The notes: generated by a model from the letters alone, not told the origin. DNA of 64,000 nucleotides from Solirubrobacteraceae bacterium (GCA_035486935.1 DATHMQ010000106.1:1187-65186); one strand, 5' to 3'. Counted from the first letter of the stretch, positions 27,452 through 37,538 are shown. A program made the numbers and translations.

Positions 27452-28383
27452 AAGCTCCGACGATCAGCGCGGTCGTGCCCGTCTACAACACCGAGCGCTA
27501 CGTTGCCGAGGCGCTCACGGCAATCCTCTCGCAGACCCATCCTCCCGACGAGGTGATCGTGGTCGACGACGGCTCGACCGATGGGACCCTGAACGAGCTC
27601 GCAGCCTTTCGCGGCGAGATCCGTGTCGTCAGGCAGGGAAACCTCGGCGTGGCTGGCGCGATGAACCGCTGCTTTGAGGAGGCTCGTTGCGAGTACGTCG
27701 CCAAGTGCGACGCCGACGACGTTTGGGAGCCGGACAAGCTCGAGCGTCAGATCGGGCAGGTCCTGGCCCATCCCGAGATTGACATCGCGATCAGCGGCTC
27801 ACGCTTCTTTGGAAGCGATGAAGGAGTACGCGCGCCCTACCCGGGTGCAGGCATCCTCGACCAACGCGACCTTACGCGCCGGCTCTATCGCGCAAACTTC
27901 GTGGCCTCCTGCGCGACGCTGGTAAGACGGGGCCTGCATCGCCAGATCGGGCCGTTCGTGGAAGGGCTCGCCTGCGAGGACTACGACTTCTGGCTGCGGG
28001 CGGTCGCCGCCGGCGCCGTCTTCTTCTATGACCCGAACGTGCTCGTCAAGATTCGGACGCACGACAACCAGGTCTCGGGCAATTTGTTGCGCATGCACAG
28101 AGCCGAGTACACGGCGCATTGCTGGCACGCTGATCTTGTCCACGACGCGCGACTCGTGCACAAGGTAAAGGCGCGTGATCTGTCGAACATAGCGCGAGTG
28201 CTAAGCGACGAAGGCTGCCCGCGAGAGGCGCGAGCGACGTTCGTGGCCGCTCTTCGCCAGCGGCTCTCGCCGCGCCTACTCGCCTGGGTGCTGGTCCTCT
28301 CAATGCCCGATCGTTACCGTCGCCCGCTCGCCGACAGGCTGGTTTCGATCAGGCGCACTCTGGTCTCGCCGGCGTCGCGGTGA
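27448..28383 (+). CDS. Glycosyltransferase family 2, tandem paralog of the previous gene
   Basis: VPVYN, QTHPPDEVIVVDDGSTDGT, DADDVW and EDYDFW motifs; ATGA overlap. Confidence 0.92.
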   Translation: MKAPTISAVVPVYNTERYVAEALTAILSQTHPPDEVIVVDDGSTDGTLNELAAFRGEIRVVRQGNLGVAGAMNRCFEEARCEYVAKCDADDVWEPDKLERQIGQVLAHPEIDIAISGSRFFGSDEGVRAPYPGAGILDQRDLTRRLYRANFVASCATLVRRGLHRQIGPFVEGLACEDYDFWLRAVAAGAVFFYDPNVLVKIRTHDNQVSGNLLRMHRAEYTAHCWHADLVHDARLVHKVKARDLSNIARVLSDEGCPREARATFVAALRQRLSPRLLAWVLVLSMPDRYRRPLADRLVSIRRTLVSPASR

Positions 28384-28386
28384 TCC

Positions 28387-29988
28387 GTGACGACCGAGGC
28401 GCTCGTGACGGCCGAGGAGTCCACGTCGGCTGAGCCGCAAGTGTCGGCCGAACAGCAGGCGGCGGCTGACGCGCACGCGGCCGAGGAGCTTCGCGACGCT
28501 GCGGCGCATGGCGTGCGCTGGTCTGCAATCGCCCGTCCCACCGTCGAGATCCTCCAGCTCGCGTCGATCGTAGTTCTCGCGCGGCTGATCGTGCCGGCGG
28601 AATTCGGCCGTTACGCAATCGCCCTGATCGCCCAGGAAGTGGCTTACCTGATGGTAGCTGGAGGCTTGAGTAGTGCTCTTGTCCAACGCAAAACGATCGA
28701 TCGTGAGCACCAGCAGGCAGGGATGGCGCTTGGCTTGCTCGCGGGCCTCGCGCTTGCTGTAATCACGCTGATCGCAGCCAGCGTGATCGTGGCCCCGATC
28801 TTTGGCGAGCGTACGGCCTTCTTTGTGCGCCTGATGGCGCCGCTGTGCCTGGTTGCGGCGCTCAGCACGGTGCCCACAGCCACCCTGCGTCGGAAGATGG
28901 CCTTTCGGCGGCTGAGCGAGATCGAAGTGCTCAGCACCGTCGCACGCGTCGTAGTTTGCGTCGGCCTGGCACTTGCGGGCCTGAGCGGGGAGGCACTGGT
29001 GCTGGGTGTGCTGGCCGGCTCACTGGCAACGGGCGTCATAGCTTGGGTCAGCGCGCCACCGCCGGCGCCGCGGCTGCACCGCAAGGCGGCACGCGAGCTA
29101 TTGAGCTACGGCTTGCCGGTGTCGCTTGCCTCGGTCAGCTGGATCGGCTTCAGCAACGTCGACTACGCGATCATCGGCGCTCGCCTAGGGGCGCTGCAGA
29201 CCGGTTTCTATTTCCGCGCCTATACGCTCGCGGTCGAATACCAGAGCAAGATCAGCGTTGTGATGAGCCAGGTTGGCTTTCCAGTGTTGGCACGCACACG
29301 CAGCGCCGCCGAGCTCAGCCAGCTGTATCGCCAGATGGTGCGCACGCTGACGATCCTGCTGTTCCCGTTGCTCGTGCTGCTGACGATCACGGCTCCCGTG
29401 CTCGTCCCTTTCCTGTTCGGCTCGCGCTGGGCGTCAGCTGTCGTGCCGGTCCAGATTCTCGCCTTGGGCGGGGCATCGACGCTCGTCATCGATGCCGTTG
29501 GAACCGTCTTCATGGCGACCGGTCGTGCCCGCGCGCTACTCGGCTATGGCATCGCGCACTTCCTGGTCTATGGGCTCACGGTGCTCGTGGTCGTGCACTT
29601 CGGGATCATCGCCGTCGCGATCGATGCGGCGGTCGTACACACTTTGTTCCTGGTCGTGGCGTACGCGATGATGCTGAACGGCACCGAGGAACGAGCGCTA
29701 CCGCGACTGTTGAGCGACATAGCTCCGGCCACGCTCTCCTGCGTAGGCCTGGTGGCGGTCGCCTTGCCGGTGAGCTTGGGGTTGAGTGCGATCCACACGC
29801 CGGCGATCGTATGGCTGATGGCGGTCGGGCTGGTGGCCATTCCGCCGTATCTGTTGACGCTGCGCTTCGGTTTCCCTGAGAGCTGGCGCAGTCAGCGCTC
29901 GATCCTCGAGCGCATAGTGCCGGCCAGCAAGGGCCTCAGTCGGGTTGGGCGTCGGCTCGCGGCAGTGCGTGTGCGCTTCTCGGGCTAG
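28387..29988 (+). CDS. Wzx-type oligosaccharide flippase (WzxC-like)
   Basis: VLARLIVPAEFG, ALVQRK, NVDYAIIGARLGALQTGFY; many TM helices. Confidence 0.9.
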   Translation: MTTEALVTAEESTSAEPQVSAEQQAAADAHAAEELRDAAAHGVRWSAIARPTVEILQLASIVVLARLIVPAEFGRYAIALIAQEVAYLMVAGGLSSALVQRKTIDREHQQAGMALGLLAGLALAVITLIAASVIVAPIFGERTAFFVRLMAPLCLVAALSTVPTATLRRKMAFRRLSEIEVLSTVARVVVCVGLALAGLSGEALVLGVLAGSLATGVIAWVSAPPPAPRLHRKAARELLSYGLPVSLASVSWIGFSNVDYAIIGARLGALQTGFYFRAYTLAVEYQSKISVVMSQVGFPVLARTRSAAELSQLYRQMVRTLTILLFPLLVLLTITAPVLVPFLFGSRWASAVVPVQILALGGASTLVIDAVGTVFMATGRARALLGYGIAHFLVYGLTVLVVVHFGIIAVAIDAAVVHTLFLVVAYAMMLNGTEERALPRLLSDIAPATLSCVGLVAVALPVSLGLSAIHTPAIVWLMAVGLVAIPPYLLTLRFGFPESWRSQRSILERIVPASKGLSRVGRRLAAVRVRFSG

Positions 29989-30190
29989 CGCTCGGTCCCG
30001 TCTTCGACCAAACTGGGTGTCGCGGCGTAGGCCGGTGGCTGCTGCAAACACGTCACGCGGCGCGATCCGTGTCTCTCTAGCGCAGTGTCCGGGGTTGGCG
30101 TCCCGGCGCGCGTCGGTCCATCTTGAAAAACGTCCTTCCGCAAAAGCCTGGGAAAAGTGGAGGGACATATAAAGATTAGGTACCTAACTA

Positions 30191-30446
30191 TCTCCTTCCG
30201 GTCGCGGTTGGGGGGTGTCTTTGCGTACAGGTCTTTCTGAAAGACAGCACTGCCGACGATGTGCTGCTGCGGAGACGTGATGTGTGTTGACGTTCTGGGC
30301 AGGCAGCGCAGGAACTAGGGCCCCCCCGCGGGATTGAAGCGTGCGATCAGCTGTCGCGCCGTGAGAAGACCCCCTACGCGATGCGTCTAGGAGGGGCGAT
30401 CAATCCCCGCGCCCGGGGAACACCTGCCTGGCGCGGGGAGAGGAGA
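30191..30446. ncRNA. Candidate structured non-coding RNA (unassigned)
   Basis: Nested complementary segments in a 466-bp gap between convergent genes; see findings. Confidence 0.3.
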
Positions 30447-30454
30447 AGTCAGGT

Positions 30455-31555
30455 TCAGGCTGCAGCCCGCTCGAGGCGAGGTGCGAGCGCGAGCGGCATG
30501 CCGTTCGTGCGCATCGATTCACTGGCAAGCTCCACCAGGGCGACGATGTCCAAGCCCAGTGCAACGTTCGAGCGTGGTTCAGAGCCTGTGCGGATGGAGC
30601 GCGCGAAGTCCTGCAGCTCCAGGCTGAGAGGCTCCTGAGGCTGCACGCGCGGGCTGACCACATCACCGGTGCGGTAGATGAGCTGGTGCTCGCCGAAGTT
30701 GGCCGGGGGCGGACCCTCGTCGATGCCGCGGTCATACACACGGATCGGCTCGTCTGAGGCAGTGTCGTCGTATTGGATCATGCGCTTGCTGCCCACGACA
30801 ATCATCTGGCGCACCTTGCACGGAGCCAGCCAGGAGATCTGCACGTTGGCGCTGGAGCCACCCGCGAAGGTGAGTGTCAAGAACGCGGTCTCTGGCACGT
30901 CCTGTTTGAAGACGCTGCTACCCGAGGCGGCGATCCCGACGACCGGCTGGTCGAGCCAGTAGAGCAGGATCGAAAGGTCGTGAGGCGCTAGATCGCAGAC
31001 GACGCCGTCGCTCTGGTACTTGCCGAGATTCATGCGCGCGGAGGTGACAAAGTGAATGTCGCCGACCGTGCCGTCTTGAATCAAATCACGCACTGCGTTG
31101 ACCGCAGGGCTGTAGATGAAAGTGTGACCGGGCATCAGTACCAGCTCTGAATCCTCTGCAATGTCGGCGAGCTCCTGGGCGTCGCTCAGACGCGTGGCGA
31201 GCGGCTTCTCTACGAGCACATGCTTGCCTGCTTCCAGGATCTGCTTGACGATCGCGTGATGAGTCTTTGGCGGAGTGGCGACCACGACGGCCTCGATCGA
31301 GTCGTCGCAGAGCACTTCCTCCAAGTCTCCGAGCGCGAGCGCGTCGGGATGACGGTTCGCCAGTGCACCTAGGCGCGCCGGATCGCGATCGCACAGCGCC
31401 TGCAGCTGGAACTCCGAGCGCTCGGCCAGATTGCGCGCGAGGTTCGGGCCCCAGTAGCCGCACCCTACGACCGCGGTGCCGATCGGCATCTCGCGGGGCA
31501 CGATGCGACGGTTGCGTCGTAGTCCATCGACTGTTGTGTTCCACGAATCAAACAT
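30455..31555 (-). CDS. Gfo/Idh/MocA oxidoreductase
   Basis: VVGCGYWGPNLARN, GKHVLVEKPLA and DLAPHD motifs. Confidence 0.93.
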   Translation of the reverse strand: MFDSWNTTVDGLRRNRRIVPREMPIGTAVVGCGYWGPNLARNLAERSEFQLQALCDRDPARLGALANRHPDALALGDLEEVLCDDSIEAVVVATPPKTHHAIVKQILEAGKHVLVEKPLATRLSDAQELADIAEDSELVLMPGHTFIYSPAVNAVRDLIQDGTVGDIHFVTSARMNLGKYQSDGVVCDLAPHDLSILLYWLDQPVVGIAASGSSVFKQDVPETAFLTLTFAGGSSANVQISWLAPCKVRQMIVVGSKRMIQYDDTASDEPIRVYDRGIDEGPPPANFGEHQLIYRTGDVVSPRVQPQEPLSLELQDFARSIRTGSEPRSNVALGLDIVALVELASESMRTNGMPLALAPRLERAAA

Positions 31556-31599
31556 CTGTTATCGCCCCTGAGGTGTGGAAATCGAATTCATATATTCGA

Positions 31600-32784
31600 T
31601 CAACGTTGCGCGACTGCGCCGTCTTTTGCGAAGCTGAGCATTGCTTGCGAAACCTGGTCAAGCTCCTCGTCGCTCATCGCCGGGAACAGCGGCAGCGAGC
31701 AGATTTGCTCGGACAGTCGCTCGCTCACCGGTAGACTTCCCGGGCCCAAGCCAAGATGCGCGTAGGCTTCCGTGCGGTGGATCGGCGTGGGGTAGTGAAT
31801 CGCCGAGGCGACGCCTTCCTGCTCCAGATGAGCACGCAGCGCGTCGCGATTGGCGCTGCGCACCACAAACAGGTGGTAGACGTGATCGGCCTCGGCAAAC
31901 GGTAGCTCGACGAGCTCGATTGCCTCGCCTGCTCCCGCGTCGGCCAGGCCACTCAGACGGCTCCGCAGCTCAGAACCCAGCCGGCGACGAGCGTCATTCC
32001 AATCGTCCAGGCGTGTGAGCTTGCGACGCAGCACGGCAGCCTGTAGCGCATCCAGTCGTGCCGTGGTGCCCACGACGCGGTGGTGGTAGCGCGGACGCTC
32101 GCCGTGCGCGCGCAACAGTCGGATGCGTTCGTCAAGCTCGGGAACGGCCGTGACGATCGCCCCGCCATCTCCCCACGCACCGAGGTTCTTGGTCGGATAG
32201 AAGCTGAAGCAACCAAGCACTCCGATGGTTCCGGCCCGACGTCCGTTGTAGCGAGCACCGTGGGCTTGACAGGCGTCCTCGATCACGTGGATGCCGGCCT
32301 CGCGTGTGATCTCCAGGATCGGATCGAGGTCGACCGTCGCGCCGAACAGATGCACGGGAATCACACAGCGCACCTTTGGCGTGAGGCTGGTCGCGACGAT
32401 CTCCGCGGTGATCAGATGCGAGTCGGGGTCGACATCGACCAGGATCGGGGTGGCGCCTACCGCGCTCACCGCCTCAGCTGTGGCGATGAACGAGTTGGTT
32501 GGCACGATCACCTCGTCGCCCGGGCCGATCTCGAGCGCACGCAAGGCAAGCGCAAGCGCCTCGGTACCGGAGGAGACGCCGATCGCGAAGTCGGTCTCGC
32601 AATAGGCCGCGAACTCGCGCTCGAAGCCCTCGACCGGCTCACCCAGCGTGAAAGCGCCTCGCGAGGCGACGTCGCGCACCGCTCCCATGAGCTCCTCGAG
32701 CAGCTGCGGGTCGGCATTGTCCAGGCGCGCAAATGGGACTGACGGGCGCGTGGCGGTTGTGTCTGTCTGCCCCGCGCTCAACAT
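31600..32784 (-). CDS. DegT/DnrJ aminotransferase (WbpE/FdtB-like)
   Basis: IEDACQAHGA, FSFYPTKNLGAWGDGG and RLDALQAA motifs. Confidence 0.95.
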   Translation of the reverse strand: MLSAGQTDTTATRPSVPFARLDNADPQLLEELMGAVRDVASRGAFTLGEPVEGFEREFAAYCETDFAIGVSSGTEALALALRALEIGPGDEVIVPTNSFIATAEAVSAVGATPILVDVDPDSHLITAEIVATSLTPKVRCVIPVHLFGATVDLDPILEITREAGIHVIEDACQAHGARYNGRRAGTIGVLGCFSFYPTKNLGAWGDGGAIVTAVPELDERIRLLRAHGERPRYHHRVVGTTARLDALQAAVLRRKLTRLDDWNDARRRLGSELRSRLSGLADAGAGEAIELVELPFAEADHVYHLFVVRSANRDALRAHLEQEGVASAIHYPTPIHRTEAYAHLGLGPGSLPVSERLSEQICSLPLFPAMSDEELDQVSQAMLSFAKDGAVAQR

Positions 32785-33416
32785 GCCGCGCTCAACTGAC
32801 CGTAGGCGACCGACGGCGAGGAGCCAAGTCGACGCAGCTCTTCCTGAAGCGCCCGGCGGCCGCGATGGTGCAGGCCATGGACGGAGCTCTCGGTGCGACC
32901 CATCTGCTCGGCAATCTCCGGCGGAGATAGCCCGACGACGTGGCGCATGACCATCACGTCACGCTGCTCGTCGGGCAGGGAGGCAAGCGCGCTGTGCAGG
33001 TCCCGCGCGCGGTCCCTGGCGTCGTCGTCGACGAGCTCGTGTGCGCCGAAGACCTCTTCGGTCGGCGTTGGGCGTCGCCGGCGCAGGTGGTCCAGTGCGA
33101 CGTTGCGCGACAGGCGCAGCAGCCAACCGGTGAAGGGGATGCCGTGATCCTGGTACTGCACGATCACGGTGATCAGCTTCATGAAGACGTGCTGAGTGAG
33201 ATCCTCGGCCTCCTGCTCGTCTCGCACGATGCTGCAGATGTAGCCGTATACGTTGTCCGAGTAGCGCATGTAGAGAAACCGCAGTGCGTCTCGGTCTCCC
33301 TCCTTGGTGCGCGCAATAGCTAGGCGTGTTTCGCGTGCTGTCTCGGGCGAATCGTCCAGAGTCGCACGGCGACGGAAGCCTACGTGTCCATCCTTGACAT
33401 TGAGGCGGCGATGCAT
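32778..33416 (-). CDS. ECF-type RNA polymerase sigma-70 factor
   Basis: AEDLTQHVF, FTGWLLRLSRNVALDHLRR (region 2); LPDEQRDV...EIAEQMG (region 4); start MHRRL at 33416. Confidence 0.92.
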   Translation of the reverse strand: MHRRLNVKDGHVGFRRRATLDDSPETARETRLAIARTKEGDRDALRFLYMRYSDNVYGYICSIVRDEQEAEDLTQHVFMKLITVIVQYQDHGIPFTGWLLRLSRNVALDHLRRRRPTPTEEVFGAHELVDDDARDRARDLHSALASLPDEQRDVMVMRHVVGLSPPEIAEQMGRTESSVHGLHHRGRRALQEELRRLGSSPSVAYGQLSAAC

Positions 33417-33787
33417 ATGTGTTCCCCGTGGTTGGCGGTGAATATTTTTCCCTGCGAATCCGTGTGGCAGGGGTTTGTGTGCATCGATGATGGGTAATGC
33501 AATCTCTTCCCACAATGGCCCGTTCGTCGCTATCTCCGTTCAGGCGATGAACGCTGATCCCCACCATGTGACGGGTGGTGTCGTATGATCGCCGCCCCGA
33601 GCTCTGGTTCGCAAATTCCGCATGAATGCTGGGCTTTCGTGCCTCGAATGAGCGTTCATACACGACGTCCATACTTGTTGTCGGCGGGTAAAGATGTTTG
33701 TGTGAATCGCCGGACTACTGCCTACAAATCTTCGACTAGGACAGCCGGGGGAGGCGATCGAGGCGTCGATTTGGCTCGTTTCAGAGC

Positions 33788-35038
33788 TCAGAAGAGGCGC
33801 TGCGCGCGGTCTGCTATGTCGCGCGCAATGGCAAGCGATGCCGTCGCTGCGGGCGACGGTGCATTGCGGACATGGAGGGCTCGCTCGGTGGCCGAGAAGA
33901 CAAAGTCGTCCACCAGGTCGCCATTGCGAGCGACGGCCTGTGCGCGCACGCCCGTGAACGATGGCTTCACATCTTTTGTGGCGATCTCCGGTACGTAGCG
34001 GGCCGCATCGCGGACGAGTGCCGAGCGCGAGGCAGCGTGGTGCAGTTCGGTGAGACCTGTGCGCCACCAGCGGGCGAACATGCGCCACGAACCAGGCCAG
34101 CTGAGGGTCTCGCCCAGGTCTCTGCTACGCAGCTGAGCAGGATGCTTAGCGTCGCGGGCGCCGGCCAGCAGGGCGGTTGGCCCGATCAGGATCTCGCCGT
34201 CGATGCGCCGCGTGAAGTGGACGCCGAGGAAGGGGAGCGAAGGGTCGGGAACTGGATAAATAAGCGATTTCACGAGGCTTCGACGCTCTGGGGCCAAACA
34301 CAGGTAGCTGCCGAGAAAGGGGACGATGCGGGGGTCTGGATCGGCTCCGGCCGCTGTTGCGAGGCGGTCCGACCACGCTCCGCCGCAGAAGATCGCGTGC
34401 GTGGTGTCGGTGAACCCGCGCGCATGCAACAGGCGCAGACCTCGACCCCGGGACTCGACAGCGCGAACCTCGCAACCGGTCACGATCGTTCCGTCGGCTT
34501 CCAGCAGGTCGTGAGCGTAGGCGAGGGCGACGGCATGGAAGTCGACGATCCCGGTCGGCGGACAGTAGAGGCCAGCCACGCCCTGCGTGTGTGGCTCGAA
34601 CTCGTGTATGCCCTCAGCGTCGAGGCGGCGCAGCCCGCTGACGCCGTTGAGCGTACCCCGTCGCTGGAGCTCCTCCAGCCGTGGGATCTCCTCGGCGCTC
34701 GCGGCCACTATCAGCTTGCCGCAGCGCTCGTGCGGGATCTCGTGCTCTTCGCAGTAGCGGTAGAGCTCCGCCGCTCCCTGCACGCACAGGCGCGCCTTGG
34801 ACGAACCGGGCTTGTAGTAGACGCCCGCGTGGATGACGCCGGAGTTATGACTGGTCTGGTGCTGGCCCAGCTCGCGCTCACGCTCCAGCACGCATATCGA
34901 TGAGGATGGAAAGCGGCGTGCCAGCTCGCGTGCCACGGCCAGGCCCACAATTCCCCCGCCGACGACTGTCAGGTCGCTGCGTGCCGGCGCCGATAGAGAG
35001 GCTGGAGGATCGTCTGGGCTGGTCAAGCGGCCTAACAT
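33788..35038 (-). CDS. lhgO: L-2-hydroxyglutarate oxidase-like FAD oxidoreductase
   Basis: VGGGIVGLA, HQTSHNSGVIHAGVYYKPGS, IYPVPDPSLPFLGVH and NAPSPAATASL motifs. Confidence 0.9.
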   Translation of the reverse strand: MLGRLTSPDDPPASLSAPARSDLTVVGGGIVGLAVARELARRFPSSSICVLERERELGQHQTSHNSGVIHAGVYYKPGSSKARLCVQGAAELYRYCEEHEIPHERCGKLIVAASAEEIPRLEELQRRGTLNGVSGLRRLDAEGIHEFEPHTQGVAGLYCPPTGIVDFHAVALAYAHDLLEADGTIVTGCEVRAVESRGRGLRLLHARGFTDTTHAIFCGGAWSDRLATAAGADPDPRIVPFLGSYLCLAPERRSLVKSLIYPVPDPSLPFLGVHFTRRIDGEILIGPTALLAGARDAKHPAQLRSRDLGETLSWPGSWRMFARWWRTGLTELHHAASRSALVRDAARYVPEIATKDVKPSFTGVRAQAVARNGDLVDDFVFSATERALHVRNAPSPAATASLAIARDIADRAQRLF

Positions 35039-35090
35039 ATGGCAACGGCTTGTGTCGTGGCTTGACTGAGAGCGCGCCCTGTTTGGACGT

Positions 35091-36377
35091 TCATGCGGCC
35101 GCGAACAGGCCCGAGCCGACCCAATCGCTTTCGTCGCGTGCGCCCGGCGGTGCGAAGAAATAGCCGCCACCGACCGGCGTGATGTAGTCGATCATCGGCT
35201 CTGCGGACAAACGCTGTTGGATCGTGGCGAACTGGCGTTCAGGGCTTTGGTTGAAAGCGACGAACATCAGGCCCTGGTCGAGTTGTCCGGCCGCGTCGAA
35301 ACCGCGCGTGTAGTTGAAGCCGCGGCGCAGGATGCGTTGATCTTCGGTTGCCGGGGTGCGTGGATTCGCAAGGCGTATGTGCGCGTCGAGGGGGATGCGC
35401 TTGCCGTGCGGATCGATGTCGTAGCGAGGTTCCTCGAACTCCGTGGTTCCACCTAGAGGGGCGCCGCTCGTGCGCACGCGCCCGATCATGTTTTCCTGCT
35501 CGTTCAGGCCGACGCGATCCCAGAACTCGACATGCTGGCGGATGATGCGCGCGACCTGATAGGTGCCACCGGTAGCCCAGGCCGGCTCGCCGTCTGCGAC
35601 CCACACCAATTTGTTCATGAGCGCCGCGTCGCTGGTCGGAGGGTTGGCGGTTCCGTCGCGGAAGGCGAACAGGTTGCGAGGGCTGTTGTGCGGTGAGGGG
35701 CCGCGTGCGGCGCCGGAGAAGCCGTCGATGTTCCAGCGCAGTTGCAACGAGCCGCGCACGGTGCGCAGCAGCTCGCGCAGGGTGTGCACGACGGTGTCGC
35801 GTTGATGGGCGCAGATCTGTAGCAGCAGATCGCCGTGGCTCTGAGCCGGGTCGAGGTCGTCGACCGAGAATGTGGGCATCTCGATCAGCTCACGTGGACG
35901 CTGCGAGGCAAGTCCGTAGCGTTGGTCGAACAGCGATGCTCCGAAGGCGATCGTCACGGTCAGCACGTCGGGATCGTTAAGCGGCCCGAGGATTCCCGAG
36001 TCGGCGGGTGGGTCGTCGACCTCGAGCAATGGGGTGGGGGTACCGTCGGTCAGTTCGCGCGCACGCAGGCTCAGTGCCCTGAGGGCTTCTTCGAGCGTCT
36101 TCCGGTCGGGTGCGAGCGAATCGAGCGCAGCGAACGTCGCTTGTGCCGGCGCGGGCGTGAGGATGCCTGCTTGATGTGGTCCGTCGAAAGGCTCACGCTG
36201 GGCGAGCTGTGCCTGGGAGACACTCCATTCCTGTGCCGCCGAGGGCTCCGTGGGGACCGCCGCGGCCGCTTCGGTCTTTGTGGCGGCGCGCACGATCGCG
36301 CCTGCTCCGCCCACGCCGCCGGCTCCCAGCAGCACGGCCGAACGGGTTAGAAATGTGCGGCGGTCGAGCTCGCTCAT
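35091..36377 (-). CDS. efeB: Tat-exported Dyp-type peroxidase / deferrochelatase
   Basis: MSELDRRTFL twin-arginine signal; HQAGI, FRDGTANP, HIRLANPR and ILRRGFNY motifs; ATGA overlap with EfeO-like gene. Confidence 0.9.
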   Translation of the reverse strand: MSELDRRTFLTRSAVLLGAGGVGGAGAIVRAATKTEAAAAVPTEPSAAQEWSVSQAQLAQREPFDGPHQAGILTPAPAQATFAALDSLAPDRKTLEEALRALSLRARELTDGTPTPLLEVDDPPADSGILGPLNDPDVLTVTIAFGASLFDQRYGLASQRPRELIEMPTFSVDDLDPAQSHGDLLLQICAHQRDTVVHTLRELLRTVRGSLQLRWNIDGFSGAARGPSPHNSPRNLFAFRDGTANPPTSDAALMNKLVWVADGEPAWATGGTYQVARIIRQHVEFWDRVGLNEQENMIGRVRTSGAPLGGTTEFEEPRYDIDPHGKRIPLDAHIRLANPRTPATEDQRILRRGFNYTRGFDAAGQLDQGLMFVAFNQSPERQFATIQQRLSAEPMIDYITPVGGGYFFAPPGARDESDWVGSGLFAAA

Positions 36378-37441
36378 GGTTCGATCCGCACATCGCGTCT
36401 CGGGATCTGGGGAATCTGCGGCGGGAGTTCGGTCTCGAGCGAGCCGGGCACCTGGGACAGCGCCTCGAGTGCCCCGCCGAGCGTGCCGTCGAGTAGCTCG
36501 GCTTGAGCCTGGGTGAGCTGAGTGTTGCTCGGCAGGCTCCCACCGTGGGCGGCGGCAAGCGAGGCGATCACCGAGCGCAGGGTGGCAAGTTCGGTCTTGA
36601 CGATCGGGATCGTGTTCTCGCGTCCCGTCAACAATGGGCGCAGCGTCGCCATCACCTCTTCGGTCGCTTGCAGCCCGGCGTTGGTTGCCAGCACTCCTTC
36701 CTCGCTCCACGGGACGTCAGCGCCGCTGAGCAGATCGCGCGCCGCGTCCTCGAGGATCTCGTGCGCGCGCGTGGCGTATTCAAGTGGTTCGATCGAGATT
36801 TTCCCGACCACCCCGCGCAGCCGATGCACGTTGAGGTTGAGCAGGCGTGCCTGACTGAGCAGCGTGTGCGGCTGTGCCGAAGTCCAGAGCCCGTATTCGA
36901 TCCGGTGCAGGCCCGTGAATTGCGGGCTTGCGGTGCCTCCGGGCAGACTGCCTGCGTTGCCGTCGATCGCCTGGTTGAGAGTTGAGAGAGGTCCTACCAG
37001 GTAGACCGCGCCGAGGCGCAGATAGCGGGCGTATGCCGCACGCCAGGCTTCCTGGGCGCCTGTGCGGTCGTTGGCGGCGAGCGCGTTCTGCAAGCGCCTC
37101 ACCTGGCTTTCCATCAGGCCTAGTTGGCGCACGGCGTAAGCGCGATATTGCGCGGTCGGCCCGTTGAAGGCGGATGCCTGCAGTGGGGGTAGGACGGATG
37201 GCGGTGTCGCCGCCGCTCCCTGGACCGCGCCCTGAGCGGAATTGATCACGGTTGAGCTCAGTACGTGTGGGGCACGCGCCTCGTAGGTTGCGAACGGCGT
37301 CAGCGTGTACGGCGCGCTTGCGGTCGGTCGCGTGTGATGGCGGCCGACACCTAGGGCGGTGACCGCGAGGAAAGCCGCGAGCGCGACGCAAACCGCGGCG
37401 GCGGCGGTCGTCGTCCACCGACTGGTGATCGATCTGAGCAT
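36374..37441 (-). CDS. efeO: EfeO/EfeM-type imelysin-like iron-uptake protein
   Basis: FTGLHRIEYGLW (HxxE motif); N-terminal hydrophobic helix; adjacent to efeB. Confidence 0.8.
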   Translation of the reverse strand: MLRSITSRWTTTAAAAVCVALAAFLAVTALGVGRHHTRPTASAPYTLTPFATYEARAPHVLSSTVINSAQGAVQGAAATPPSVLPPLQASAFNGPTAQYRAYAVRQLGLMESQVRRLQNALAANDRTGAQEAWRAAYARYLRLGAVYLVGPLSTLNQAIDGNAGSLPGGTASPQFTGLHRIEYGLWTSAQPHTLLSQARLLNLNVHRLRGVVGKISIEPLEYATRAHEILEDAARDLLSGADVPWSEEGVLATNAGLQATEEVMATLRPLLTGRENTIPIVKTELATLRSVIASLAAAHGGSLPSNTQLTQAQAELLDGTLGGALEALSQVPGSLETELPPQIPQIPRRDVRIEP

Positions 37442-37538
37442 CCGCAAGAACAAACGACCGTTATTGCTGGCGGCTTGCGCTTTGAGCGGATCGTTGCCGG
37501 TCCGCTGAGGCAAGCGTCGGGCTTGTCAGGAGAGGGCC

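Noticed and set aside
33417-33787. Riboswitch upstream of the sigma factor
   Set aside because: I could not match c-di-GMP, c-di-AMP or other known aptamer consensus by eye; only weak stems are visible
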